A stretch of 64,000 nucleotides of DNA, taken from positions 1,808 through 65,807 of the forward strand of contig JALOTC010000001.1 of NCBI GenBank assembly GCA_025458085.1. The letters are read 5' to 3'. Positions 1 through 8,783 of this stretch are shown in pieces. This DNA is from Cypionkella sp. GTDB taxonomy: Bacteria > Pseudomonadota > Alphaproteobacteria > Rhodobacterales > Rhodobacteraceae. The notes below the pieces were generated by a model that made no database searches, was not told where the DNA came from, and saw only the letters and a list, made by a program, of their open reading frames with translations. The position numbers and the translations under genes are program-made. Position 1 is the stretch's first letter. The number at the start of each line of letters is the position of its first letter.

Positions 1-1122
1 TGCCGCGAGGTCTGCCGGTGTGGCCGGGGTTTCGAGCATGAGCCAGAGCGCATGGGCGAGGCTGTTCAGGTGCCAGAGCATCGAGTCCTCTGGGTGCCAG
101 AGGAACAGACCCGCACGCATCCGGCGCAGGGTGAAGCCCGTGGCGCGGATCAGCGGGCGGTCGGGGGCGAGGGCGTGGCTTGCCTGTGCCTTTGGCGGGA
201 GGGGCGGGAGCGGGCCAAGGCGCGGCGCGCCGGGGCCGAAGGTTTGCGCGAGGAAGGCTGCGGCTTCATCCGCGCGGCCGATGCGCAAGGTAAGGCAGGT
301 CATGCCTGCGGCGAGGGCTTCGGCCTTGGCCAAGGCTGCCTCGGGTTCGGGCAAGGCGGTGATCGACTGGCGCAGGAGGAGGGCTACGGCCTGATCCTGC
401 GGCATGGGGTGGAGGCTTGGGCTGGCGCCGTCCTCCCGCTCCAAGGCGAGGAGGAGGCCGGGGCGGGCCGTGGTGCCATGCGGGGCGAGGCAGAGGGGGC
501 GGAGATAGGCATATTGCGTATCGGCCAGAAGGATGCGGTCGCGCGCGGTTGGCCCCAAGGTTGCGGGCAGGGGCAGACGCAGGCGGGGGGCGGCGCCTAG
601 CGCGATGGCCTCGCCCGTGGCGGAGAGGGGGAGGACATCATCGCCAAAGACCTCCACCCCCTCTTGCAGGGCGAGATGGGCGATGAGGGTGCTTTTGCCC
701 GCGCGGTGGCCGCCGGTCAGGAGGATGAGGGGGCCAGCGCCGAAGCGGAAGGCCGCGCAATGCAGGCCCAAGCCGCCGGGCAGGCCATCGCAGAAGCCCT
801 GGGCCAGATCGGCGATCAGGCCGCAGGCGGTGGCGGTGGGGGTGAGGCGCTTGAGTGGGCGGTCCAGATGGCGGGAGGCGAGGGTATGGGTGCCAGAGGC
901 TTCGCGCAAGACAAGGGCGAGTGCGGGGTTTTGCGCGCCGGGGGTGGCGCTGGGTGTCCAGCCGTGGAGGCAGGAGGTGAGGGCGGCGATCAGCCCTTCG
1001 TCGGCCGGGAGGACGACCGGGCCGCCCGCGCCCGGAAAGCGGAGCGTGAGCGCATCGGGAAGGCGGGATGACAGGCGGGGCCGCAGTGCGGCCCGGCCTT
1101 TTGTGTGACGGTGGGAGGCCAC
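1..1122 (-). CDS. HPr-kinase-related P-loop kinase with C-terminal PqqD/RRE-like domain (runs off the window edge, 3' end missing)
   Basis: Manually translated and absent from the ORF track. GTG at 1122 and stop-free to position 1. Contains GLHCAA..LILLTGGHRAGKSTL (Walker A) and VFGDDVLPL (HprK-like DD motif). Ends in GLFLWHPEDSMLWHLNSLAHALWLMLE, which resembles the PqqD beta-beta-LN..A..LW..L pattern. Confidence 0.8.
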   Translation of the reverse strand, partial: MASHRHTKGRAALRPRLSSRLPDALTLRFPGAGGPVVLPADEGLIAALTSCLHGWTPSATPGAQNPALALVLREASGTHTLASRHLDRPLKRLTPTATACGLIADLAQGFCDGLPGGLGLHCAAFRFGAGPLILLTGGHRAGKSTLIAHLALQEGVEVFGDDVLPLSATGEAIALGAAPRLRLPLPATLGPTARDRILLADTQYAYLRPLCLAPHGTTARPGLLLALEREDGASPSLHPMPQDQAVALLLRQSITALPEPEAALAKAEALAAGMTCLTLRIGRADEAAAFLAQTFGPGAPRLGPLPPLPPKAQASHALAPDRPLIRATGFTLRRMRAGLFLWHPEDSMLWHLNSLAHALWLMLETPATPADLAA

Positions 1123-1125
1123 GGG

Positions 1126-1467
1126 TCAGATCCCCAGCATCCGCCGCATCCAGATCGGCATCTCGGCGGAAGTGGCGCGGTTCTGGCCGTTGCGATTGCC
1201 GCGCGAGGGGCCACTGTTGCGCGACGGGCCGTTGCGCGAGGGGCCGCTGTTGCGGGAGGAACGGCTGCGCGAGGGGCCACTGTTGCGCGACGCGCCGCCG
1301 CCCCGGTTGCCACCGCCCGAGGGGCCGCTGTTGCCACCGCGCGAGGCACCCGAGGCGCGGGCGGCGTTCATGCCGAGCATCGTGGGGGCGACATAGGCGG
1401 CACCGGCCGCGAGGCCGAGGCGGGCGAGGAGCTGGCGGCGGCTGACGGTTTCTTTTCCGGTGGTCAT
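1126..1467 (-). CDS. Small Tat-signal-like peptide with Ser/Gly/Arg/Asn-rich NSGPSR repeats (candidate precursor peptide)
   Basis: GAAGGA RBS before ATG; SRRQLL twin-Arg motif, YVAPTML, AxA (ARA) site, five GPS repeats; stop lies 3 nt from the kinase start. Confidence 0.8.
   Translation of the reverse strand: MTTGKETVSRRQLLARLGLAAGAAYVAPTMLGMNAARASGASRGGNSGPSGGGNRGGGASRNSGPSRSRSSRNSGPSRNGPSRNSGPSRGNRNGQNRATSAEMPIWMRRMLGI
1200..1345. repeat. Imperfect tandem coding repeats (gcgcgaggggcc(a/g)ctgttgcg) encoding SRNSGPSR
   Basis: Four or five copies visible directly in the sequence, inside the 1126..1467 ORF. Confidence 0.8.
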
Positions 1468-1518
1468 GGTTTCGTCCTTCTCTTGACTGGCGGGTCTGTC
1501 ACCCGGTTGTGCAGGAAC

Positions 1519-1543
1519 AACGCAGCCCCCGGCGATCTATTCC
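1519..1543 (-). promoter_or_regulatory. Putative ECF-sigma promoter GGAAT-N16-CGTT driving the peptide-kinase operon
   Basis: The minus strand reads GGAAT agatcgccgggggctg CGTT about 50 nt upstream of the peptide ATG; one mismatch to the EcfG consensus GGAAC-N16/17-CGTT. Confidence 0.5.
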
Positions 1544-1600
1544 AAAAAAATGCGAAAGCGGGGCGCTTGACCCTTTCCTGCCCCTCGTGCCTAAAGGGGC

Positions 1601-2341
1601 ATGGCGAAAGAGGCGAAATCGGGAAAGCGCAAGGCGGAGGCGATGGTCTCTGAACGCTCCTCCAAGGGGGGGGTGCGGCGGCGCGTGCTGTTCTGGCTGT
1701 CGCGCGGGGTTATGGCGGTGCTGGGCGGCTTTGCCTTTCTGGTGGTGCTGTTTTCCTTCATGAACCCGCCGATCAACGTATATCAGATGCAGGAATCGGT
1801 CCGGCTTGGCGGGTTGGAGCGGGAATGGGCCGATTGGGATGAGATCGCGCCGGTGATGGGACGGGCAGCGGTGGCGGCAGAGGATGCGAATTTCTGCCTG
1901 CACTGGGGATTTGATATGGCGGCCATCCGGCAGGCTGTGGCCGAAGGCAGCGGGCGTGGCGCGTCAACCATCAGCCAGCAGGTGGTGAAGAATGTGTTCC
2001 TGTGGCATGGGCGGTCTTGGCTGCGCAAGGCGATGGAGGCGATGCTGACGCCTGCGGTGGAGCTTGTCTGGTCCAAGCAGCGGATTTTGGAGGTTTATCT
2101 GAACGTCGCCGAATTTGATGAAGGCGTGTTTGGCGTGCAGGCGGCGGCACAGCATTATTTTGGCGTGGATGCGCGCGACCTTTCGGCGTTGCAGGCGGCG
2201 CGGTTGGCGGCGGTGTTGCCTGACCCCAAGGGGCGCAGCGCCTCGAACCCGTCGAATTTCGTGCGCAACCGCACGCGGTCGATCATCTCGGGGGCGGAAA
2301 CCATTGCCGCCGATGGGCGGGATGCCTGTTTCCGGGACTGA
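1601..2341 (+). CDS. mtgA: Monofunctional peptidoglycan transglycosylase
   Basis: AAEDANFCLHWGFD, GASTISQQVVKN and RKAME GT51 motifs; N-terminal TM helix. Confidence 0.93.
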   Translation: MAKEAKSGKRKAEAMVSERSSKGGVRRRVLFWLSRGVMAVLGGFAFLVVLFSFMNPPINVYQMQESVRLGGLEREWADWDEIAPVMGRAAVAAEDANFCLHWGFDMAAIRQAVAEGSGRGASTISQQVVKNVFLWHGRSWLRKAMEAMLTPAVELVWSKQRILEVYLNVAEFDEGVFGVQAAAQHYFGVDARDLSALQAARLAAVLPDPKGRSASNPSNFVRNRTRSIISGAETIAADGRDACFRD

Positions 2342-2413
2342 TGAATTGGGCGCGGCATTGAACATCGGCCCCCGTATCGCTATCACGGGTGCGCCGGAAC
2401 CGAAGGCCCTTTC

Positions 2414-3079
2414 ATGATCCGTCTGTATCACTTCCCGCTCTCTCCTTTCTGCCGGAAGGTCCGGCTGACGCTGGCCGAAAAGCGGCTGGAAGTGGAATTG
2501 GTGGAGGAACGCTATTGGGAGCCTTCGCCGGATTTCCTGCGCCGCAACCCGGCAGCCAAGGTGCCGGTGTTGAAGCTGGATCAGCGCAGCCTGAGCGAGA
2601 GCCAGGCGATCTGTGAATATCTGGACGAGACCTTTCCCAACCCGGCGCTGATGCCGCGTGACCCGGAAACGCGCTATGAGGTGCGGCGGCTGTGCGCGTG
2701 GTTTGACGACAAGTTCCATGACGAGGTGACGTCAAAGCTGCTCTATGAGCGGGTGCATAAGAAGGTGATGAAGCTGGGCTATCCGGATTCGAAGAATGTG
2801 AAAGCCGGGGCTTCGGCGATCAAGTTTCATCTGGATTACATGGCATGGCTTTTGGATCAGCGGCGGTGGTTGGCGGGGGATGCGATGACCTTGGCCGATT
2901 TCACGGCGGCGGCGCATCTGTCCTCGCTCGATTACATCTCGGACGTGGATTGGAACCGGTCGGCCACGGTGAAGGACTGGTATGCCAAGATCAAGTCGCG
3001 GCCCAGTTTCCGCACGCTTTTGGCCGATCAGATCCCCGGTTTCCCGCCACCCGCGCATTACCCTGACTTGGATTTTTAA
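2414..3079 (+). CDS. Glutathione S-transferase family protein (FzlA-like)
   Basis: SPFCRKVRL, NPAAKVPVL, ESQAICEYL and C-terminal HYPDLDF. Confidence 0.85.
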   Translation: MIRLYHFPLSPFCRKVRLTLAEKRLEVELVEERYWEPSPDFLRRNPAAKVPVLKLDQRSLSESQAICEYLDETFPNPALMPRDPETRYEVRRLCAWFDDKFHDEVTSKLLYERVHKKVMKLGYPDSKNVKAGASAIKFHLDYMAWLLDQRRWLAGDAMTLADFTAAAHLSSLDYISDVDWNRSATVKDWYAKIKSRPSFRTLLADQIPGFPPPAHYPDLDF

Positions 3080-3085
3080 GGCCGG

Positions 3086-4147
3086 TCAGGTCTTTGGCAG
3101 AAGGCCGAGGATCGGGCGGGCGAGGACGAGAACGATCAGGATGCGGACAACGTGGTGGAGCGCCACGAAGGCCACATCGGCGTTGATCGCGAGCGCGATG
3201 AGGCCCATTTCCGTCAGCCCCCCAGGTGCCAGGGCAAGGATGATCTGATCAACGGGCAGGCCGCTGGTCTGTTGGATCAGCAGGCCGAAGGCCAAAGCGA
3301 TGGCGAGGGTGGCCAGTGTGGCCACGAGGCTGAGGCCCAAGGCGGGCAGGAGCGTGGCCTTTTGGGTGCCAAGGAAGCGGCAGCCCAGAACGGTGCCGAG
3401 GATCACCTGCGCCGCGATGACGATGGGCAGGGGTGGGGCGCTGGCCGTGACATCGGTGGCGTGAAGGACTGCCGAAAGGATCATCGGACCGAGGAAGGTA
3501 GGGGCAGGCAAGCGCGCGAGGCGGCCCCCGTAGCTGCCGGCGACCGCGCAGAACAAAAGCACGGCGGCATCAAAGAGCGTGAGGGGTGCGCCGCCGAAAT
3601 CGGGGAGGGAGCCGACCGCCTCGCCCTTGATCACGCGAAACCAGAGCGCGATGAGGGCGATGGTCAGCACGATGCGGAGCGTATGGGCGAGGATGATGGT
3701 GCGGACATCGGCCTTACGCTCCTCCCCCAGTTCGACCATTTCGGCAAGGCCACCGGGCAGGCCGGAGAGATAGGCGGTTTGCCAATCGGCTTTGCCCGCA
3801 AAGCGGTAGAGCGGCACGGTGACGGAGGCCACGACCACGAGATAGAGGGCGAGGAGGCCGAGCGAAAGGGTCCAGCCGCCCATGACGCTGACAATCTCGG
3901 GCGTGAAGCGCGCGCCGAGCAGCACGCCGATCACCGCCACGGTGGCGGGGCGGATGCGGTTGGGCGGCAGGACGGGCAGGCCCGCCAACGCCGCCGCCAT
4001 GGTGGCGAAAAGCGCGCCCAGCATCCACGGAAGCGGCAGGCCCAGCACGAAGGCAAGGCAGCCGCCGACCGCGCCGATCAGGAGGGCGAAGGCCATTCGG
4101 GCGAGAGGCGCGTTGAGGCGGGGCATGTCTGGGCGGGGCGCGGTCAT
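3086..4147 (-). CDS. AbrB-family membrane protein
   Basis: Highly hydrophobic, duplicated PGGL motifs, LPLPWMLG. Confidence 0.8.
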   Translation of the reverse strand: MTAPRPDMPRLNAPLARMAFALLIGAVGGCLAFVLGLPLPWMLGALFATMAAALAGLPVLPPNRIRPATVAVIGVLLGARFTPEIVSVMGGWTLSLGLLALYLVVVASVTVPLYRFAGKADWQTAYLSGLPGGLAEMVELGEERKADVRTIILAHTLRIVLTIALIALWFRVIKGEAVGSLPDFGGAPLTLFDAAVLLFCAVAGSYGGRLARLPAPTFLGPMILSAVLHATDVTASAPPLPIVIAAQVILGTVLGCRFLGTQKATLLPALGLSLVATLATLAIALAFGLLIQQTSGLPVDQIILALAPGGLTEMGLIALAINADVAFVALHHVVRILIVLVLARPILGLLPKT

Positions 4148-4200
4148 CCTGTGCCCTTTGTTGCGCCGCCTGACCGGATTGTCCAGCCGTGTGGGGGGCT

Positions 4201-6114
4201 TCAGGCCCGGCGGGTGAGGCTTGCCACGCCCAGAAGATCAAGCACCCGCGCCTCGATCTGCGGGGCATCCATCCCGGCGAGGCGATACATCGCCTCGGGG
4301 CTGGCTTGATCGATGAACGTATCGGGCAGGACCATGCTGCGGAATTTCAGGCCGCGGTCAAAGATGCCTTCATCAGACAGAAGCTGCGCCACATGGCTGC
4401 CGAAGCCGCCCACGGCACCTTCTTCGATGGTGATCAGCGCCTCGTGGTGGCGGGCGAGTTGCAGGATCAGGTCGCGGTCCAGCGGTTTGGCAAAGCGGGC
4501 ATCGGCCACGGTGGCGGTGATGCCCTTTTGGGTAAGCTGCTCGGCGGCCTTTTGCACCTCGGCCAGACGGGTGCCGAAGGAGAGGAGGGCGATGCGGTTG
4601 CCTTGGGCGAGCAGGCGGCCCTTGCCGATTTCGAGAATCTGGCCGCGGGTTGGCATCTCTACCCCCACGCCTTCGCCACGGGGGAAGCGGAAGGCGATGG
4701 GGCCTTCGTCCCATTGCGCGGCGGTGGCGACCATATGTTTGAGTTCCGCCTCATCCGCGGCGGCCATGACGGTGAAGCCGGGGAGGTTGGCGAGGAAGGC
4801 CACATCGAAGCTGCCCGCATGGGTTGCGCCATCGGCTCCCACCAGACCCGCGCGGTCGATGGGGAAGCGGACGGGCAGGCGTTGGATCGCGACATCGTGG
4901 ACCACTTGGTCATAGCCGCGCTGAAGGAAGGTGGAGTAGAGCGCGCAGAAGGGTTTCATGCCGCCTGCGGCCATGCCTGCGGCAAAGGTGACGGCGTGCT
5001 GCTCGGCGATGCCCACATCAAAGCAGCGGCGGGGGAAGCGTTCGGCAAAGAGATTCAGCCCGGTGCCATCGGGCATGGCGGCGGTGATCGCCACGATCTT
5101 GTCGTCCTGTTCCGCCTCTTGGATCAGGCTTTGGGCGAAGACCTTGGTATAGCTGGGTGCGTTGGGGATGGATTTCGCCTGTTCGCCGGTCAGCACATCA
5201 AAGCGGCCTGTGGCATGGCCTTTGTCGCGCGCAGCTTCGGCCGGGGCGTAGCCTTTGCCCTTTTTCGTCAGCACATGGATGAGCATTGGCCCCGTGGCCC
5301 GCGCCTTGGCCGCGCGCAGAACATGGAGCAGCGTATCAAGGTCATGGCCATCAATCGGGCCAAGGTAGCTGAACCCAAGTTGTTCAAAGAGCGTGCCGCC
5401 CACGGCCATGCCCTTGAGCATCTCCTTGGCGCGCAGTGCGCCTTCGCGCAGGGGCGGGGGCAGGAGGCTGGCCGCGCCCTGGGCCACGGCCTTGAGTTCG
5501 TCAAAGGGGCCATCGGCGTAAAGCCGGGTGAGATAGGCCGAGAGCGCGCCGACGGGGGGCGCGATGGACATTTCATTGTCATTGAGGATGACGAAGAGGC
5601 GCTTTTTCAGATGGCCTGCGTTGTTCATCGCCTCGAACGCCATGCCGGCGGACATGGAGCCATCGCCGATCACCGCGATGGCATCGCCCGCATCGCCGCC
5701 AAGGTCGCGGGCGGCGGCAAAGCCCAGCGCGGCAGAGATAGAGGTGGAGCTATGCGCCGCGCCGAAGGGGTCATAGGGCGATTCGCTGCGCTTGGTGAAG
5801 CCGGAGAGGCCGCCTTCGGTGCGGAGTGTGCGGATGCGGTCGCGCCGCCCGGTGAGGATTTTGTGGGGATAGCATTGGTGGCCCACATCCCAGATCAGCT
5901 TGTCGCGCGGGGTATCGAACACGGCATGGATGGCGACGGTGAGTTCCACCACGCCAAGACCCGCGCCCAGATGGCCGCCGGTGACGGATACGGCGGAAAT
6001 GGTTTCCTGCCGCAATTCATCGGCGACCATGCGCAATTCGCGATCGCTGAGGCCCTTGAGATCGGAGGGCAGGCGGACGCGATCAAGCGTTGGGGTCACA
6101 GGGCGATGGGTCAT
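4201..6114 (-). CDS. dxs: 1-deoxy-D-xylulose-5-phosphate synthase
   Basis: [24 protein letters not shown] ThDP motif, IAEQH, DRAG. Confidence 0.97.
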   Translation of the reverse strand: MTHRPVTPTLDRVRLPSDLKGLSDRELRMVADELRQETISAVSVTGGHLGAGLGVVELTVAIHAVFDTPRDKLIWDVGHQCYPHKILTGRRDRIRTLRTEGGLSGFTKRSESPYDPFGAAHSSTSISAALGFAAARDLGGDAGDAIAVIGDGSMSAGMAFEAMNNAGHLKKRLFVILNDNEMSIAPPVGALSAYLTRLYADGPFDELKAVAQGAASLLPPPLREGALRAKEMLKGMAVGGTLFEQLGFSYLGPIDGHDLDTLLHVLRAAKARATGPMLIHVLTKKGKGYAPAEAARDKGHATGRFDVLTGEQAKSIPNAPSYTKVFAQSLIQEAEQDDKIVAITAAMPDGTGLNLFAERFPRRCFDVGIAEQHAVTFAAGMAAGGMKPFCALYSTFLQRGYDQVVHDVAIQRLPVRFPIDRAGLVGADGATHAGSFDVAFLANLPGFTVMAAADEAELKHMVATAAQWDEGPIAFRFPRGEGVGVEMPTRGQILEIGKGRLLAQGNRIALLSFGTRLAEVQKAAEQLTQKGITATVADARFAKPLDRDLILQLARHHEALITIEEGAVGGFGSHVAQLLSDEGIFDRGLKFRSMVLPDTFIDQASPEAMYRLAGMDAPQIEARVLDLLGVASLTRRA

Positions 6115-6142
6115 GGCTGCCTTTCGGGGGGCCTATGGGGCG

Positions 6143-7012
6143 TCAATTGTCGCGGGCGATAACGAAGCGGGCCGCGTCGATCAAGATCTGGGCCTTGGGG
6201 CCATAGGGGGCAAGGTGGCTTTCCGCCTCAGCCACCAGATCGGCGGCGCGGGCGCGGGCGCCCTCGAGCCCGAGGAGGGAGACGAAGGTGGCCTTGCCTG
6301 CTTCAGCATCCTTGCCGACAGCCTTGCCTGTGGCTTCGACGCTGCCGGTGACATCGAGGATGTCGTCGGCGATCTGGAAGGCGAGGCCGAGGGCGGTGGC
6401 ATAGGCGCGCAAAGGCGCGGGGTCGGTGCCGGCGATGACGGCGCCGGCTTCGGCTGACCAGCGGATGAGTGCGCCGGTCTTGCCCGCTTGCAGGCGGGTG
6501 ATCTGGTCGAGCGTCAGGGGCGCGGGGGCGGTTTCGGCGGCGATGTCAAGCGCTTGGCCAAGCACCATGCCTTCGGCGCCCGAGGCTTGGGCCAGACCGC
6601 GCACAAGGGCGATGCGGGTTTCGGCAGACCCAAGCGCCGGATCGGTCAGCAGTTCGAAGGCGAGCGTTTGCAGCGCATCGCCCGCGAGGACGGCGGTGGC
6701 CTCATCCCATTTGCGGTGGACGGTGGGCAGGCCACGGCGCAGATCATCGTCATCCATGCAGGGCAGGTCATCATGCACGAGCGAATAGGCGTGGAGACAT
6801 TCGACCGCCGCCGCCGCAGCAACGGCACGTTCTGGCGTGACGCCGAGCATGGCGGCGCTTTCCAGCACCAGAAAGCCGCGCAGGCGTTTGCCGCCCGATG
6901 TAGCATAGCGCATGGCCAGCACCACGGGTTCGGGGGCGAAAGGGGCCATGGCGGCATCAAGCCGGGTCTGCACCAAAGCGGCGGCGCGGGTTAGGGCGGT
7001 GGGAAAGCTCAC
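6143..7012 (-). CDS. ispA: Farnesyl diphosphate synthase / polyprenyl synthetase
   Basis: GGKRLR, HDDLPCMDDDDLRRG, FQIADDILD; GTG start at 7012 overlaps the xseB stop. Confidence 0.93.
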   Translation of the reverse strand: MSFPTALTRAAALVQTRLDAAMAPFAPEPVVLAMRYATSGGKRLRGFLVLESAAMLGVTPERAVAAAAAVECLHAYSLVHDDLPCMDDDDLRRGLPTVHRKWDEATAVLAGDALQTLAFELLTDPALGSAETRIALVRGLAQASGAEGMVLGQALDIAAETAPAPLTLDQITRLQAGKTGALIRWSAEAGAVIAGTDPAPLRAYATALGLAFQIADDILDVTGSVEATGKAVGKDAEAGKATFVSLLGLEGARARAADLVAEAESHLAPYGPKAQILIDAARFVIARDN

Positions 7013-7248
7013 AGCCCCTCCGCCGGGGTGGTGCCGGTGGCGCGGCCTTCTTGGGCGCGGATCAGTTCGACCTTGTCTTCGGCGGCTTTGAGTTTCTTGG
7101 CGCAATGCTCTTTGAGTTTGGCCCCGCGTTCATAGAGCGCAATGGATTCCTCGAGCGCGACTTCGCCGCGTTCGAGTTGGGAGACAACGGATTCAAGCGC
7201 CTTCATCGCCTGTTCAAAGGTCATGGCGGCAATGTCTTCGTCGGTCAT
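7009..7248 (-). CDS. xseB: Exodeoxyribonuclease VII small subunit
   Basis: FEQAMKALESVVSQLERGEVALEESIALYERG; xseB-ispA-dxs synteny. Confidence 0.95.
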   Translation of the reverse strand: MTDEDIAAMTFEQAMKALESVVSQLERGEVALEESIALYERGAKLKEHCAKKLKAAEDKVELIRAQEGRATGTTPAEGL

Positions 7249-8162
7249 CCGGGGGCCCTTTTCAATTCTTCGACATGCGCGGCCACGCTATCGGCCAGCG
7301 CGTCCAGATCATAGCCTCCCTCGAGCGTGGAGACCACCCGACCGCCGCAACATTCCTGTGCCAGATCGCAGATCGCGCGGGTGAGCCAGGCGAAATCCGC
7401 CTCGCGCCAGGTGAGATTGGCGAGGGGGTCTGCGCGGTGGGCATCGAAACCGGCGGAAAGGAGGATGAGTTCGGGTTGCCAGCGGGCGAGATCGTCGAGC
7501 ACGGGTTGCCATGCGGCGCGCATCTCGGCCCCGCCGGACCCGGCGCGGAGGGGGAGGTTGGTGATCTGGCCATGGGCGCCGGTTTCGGAGGACGCGCCGG
7601 TGCCGGGGTAGAGTGGCCATTCATGCGAGGAGACGAAGCGCGCGCGGGCTTCGTGCCAGAGCAGGTCTTGGGTGCCGTTGCCGTGATGCACATCGAAATC
7701 CAGCACGGCGACGCGGGACAGGCCGTGATGATCGAGCGCGCGCATGGCCCCGATGGCCACGGTGCCAAAGAGGCAAAAGCCCATGGCGCGGGTGGCTTCG
7801 GCATGGTGGCCCGGCGGGCGGGCGGCGACGAAGGCGCGGCCACCTTGGGTGACGACCGCATCCACTGCGGCGCAGATGCCGCCCACGGCGCGGAGCGCAG
7901 CGTTCCATGAGCCGGGGGAAAGGAAGGTGTCGCCATCAAGCGCTGTCCAGCCCCCTGTCGGCACGGCGCGGCGGAGGGTTTCGACATGGGCGGGCGGATG
8001 GCAGCGGTGGATATCGGCCAGATCGCCCAAAGGGCAGGCGATGCGGTCGAGCGCCATGCCGTGCAGGCCGCGGTCCACCGCATGAAGCCGTGCCACCTGT
8101 TCGGGGTGGCCGGGGGGCGTGACATGGCCCAGATGATCGGGATGGGTGTAAAGCCGGACCAT
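7245..8162 (-). CDS. Histone deacetylase family protein
   Basis: HPE, RPPGHHA, GFC, DFDVHHGNGTQ, SAGFDAH, LEGGY. Confidence 0.93.
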   Translation of the reverse strand: MVRLYTHPDHLGHVTPPGHPEQVARLHAVDRGLHGMALDRIACPLGDLADIHRCHPPAHVETLRRAVPTGGWTALDGDTFLSPGSWNAALRAVGGICAAVDAVVTQGGRAFVAARPPGHHAEATRAMGFCLFGTVAIGAMRALDHHGLSRVAVLDFDVHHGNGTQDLLWHEARARFVSSHEWPLYPGTGASSETGAHGQITNLPLRAGSGGAEMRAAWQPVLDDLARWQPELILLSAGFDAHRADPLANLTWREADFAWLTRAICDLAQECCGGRVVSTLEGGYDLDALADSVAAHVEELKRAPG

Positions 8163-8207
8163 GTGCCCCCGCGGTGCAGATGGGGGGCGGGTTGCCCCCC
8201 GCGACGT

Positions 8208-8708
8208 TTACATCTGTGCTTCCTGACAGGCGATGGCGGCTTCGAGCGCCTGAAGTGTGCCTGCAAGGTTAATGGCCATGACCGGGCCGCTTTCATTGAT
8301 GAGCGTCAGTGTGTTCTTGGCGGCGACATCCATGAGGAAATCAAAATTGTCGAACACGATATCCACGCCGGGCATGCCATCGATGTAAAGGCCGGTGCCT
8401 TCGCCCTCATAGATCGTGCCGTCGAGGTCCATCTGGATGGGGTAGGTCTGGCCTTCGGTGATGTCGCCCCAAGCTTCGTTCATGGCCAGAAGATAGCCGC
8501 TGTCGTTGGGGATATCGAAGCCGATGCGCACATCGGACCCATCATCGAACACCGAATTGATGAGGCAGCTGTTGCCGACCGTCGGGTCGACCAGGATGTC
8601 CCAGCCGGCGACGGAGTCAAAGACCACGAGGTCTTGCGCGGCGGCGGAGATGGGGTTGAGGGCGAGAAGGACTGGCAGGGCCAGGCCGGTGAGATAGGCG
8701 GGTTTCAT
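8208..8708 (-). CDS. Secreted acidic hypothetical protein
   Basis: Signal peptide MKPAYLTGLALPVLLALNPISAAA; GGAG RBS; coding-like codon usage. Confidence 0.7.
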   Translation of the reverse strand: MKPAYLTGLALPVLLALNPISAAAQDLVVFDSVAGWDILVDPTVGNSCLINSVFDDGSDVRIGFDIPNDSGYLLAMNEAWGDITEGQTYPIQMDLDGTIYEGEGTGLYIDGMPGVDIVFDNFDFLMDVAAKNTLTLINESGPVMAINLAGTLQALEAAIACQEAQM

Positions 8709-8783
8709 GTCACACTCCACAAGGCCGTGGCGGACGACATGACCGGCACGGGCGACGGTAAGGTAACAGGTTGGTGATGCTGT

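Noticed and set aside
20-1108. Plus-strand ORFs 20..394, 52..600, 533..1108 and 664..1071 in the ORF track
   Set aside because: Antisense shadows of the minus-strand kinase-PqqD gene, which has recognisable motifs and typical codon bias.
1200-1345. Short direct repeats that could look like a mini CRISPR array
   Set aside because: No unique spacers and no cas genes; the unit lengths keep the reading frame and encode peptide repeats.
1126-1467. Classical lasso peptide interpretation
   Set aside because: The core has no Asp/Glu at positions 7-9 for macrolactam formation, and no cyclase or peptidase is visible in the window.
3152-6162. Long plus-strand ORFs 3152..4309 and 4189..6162 (and similar long antisense ORFs elsewhere)
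   Set aside because: Antisense to abrB and dxs; expected in high-GC DNA and lacking motifs.
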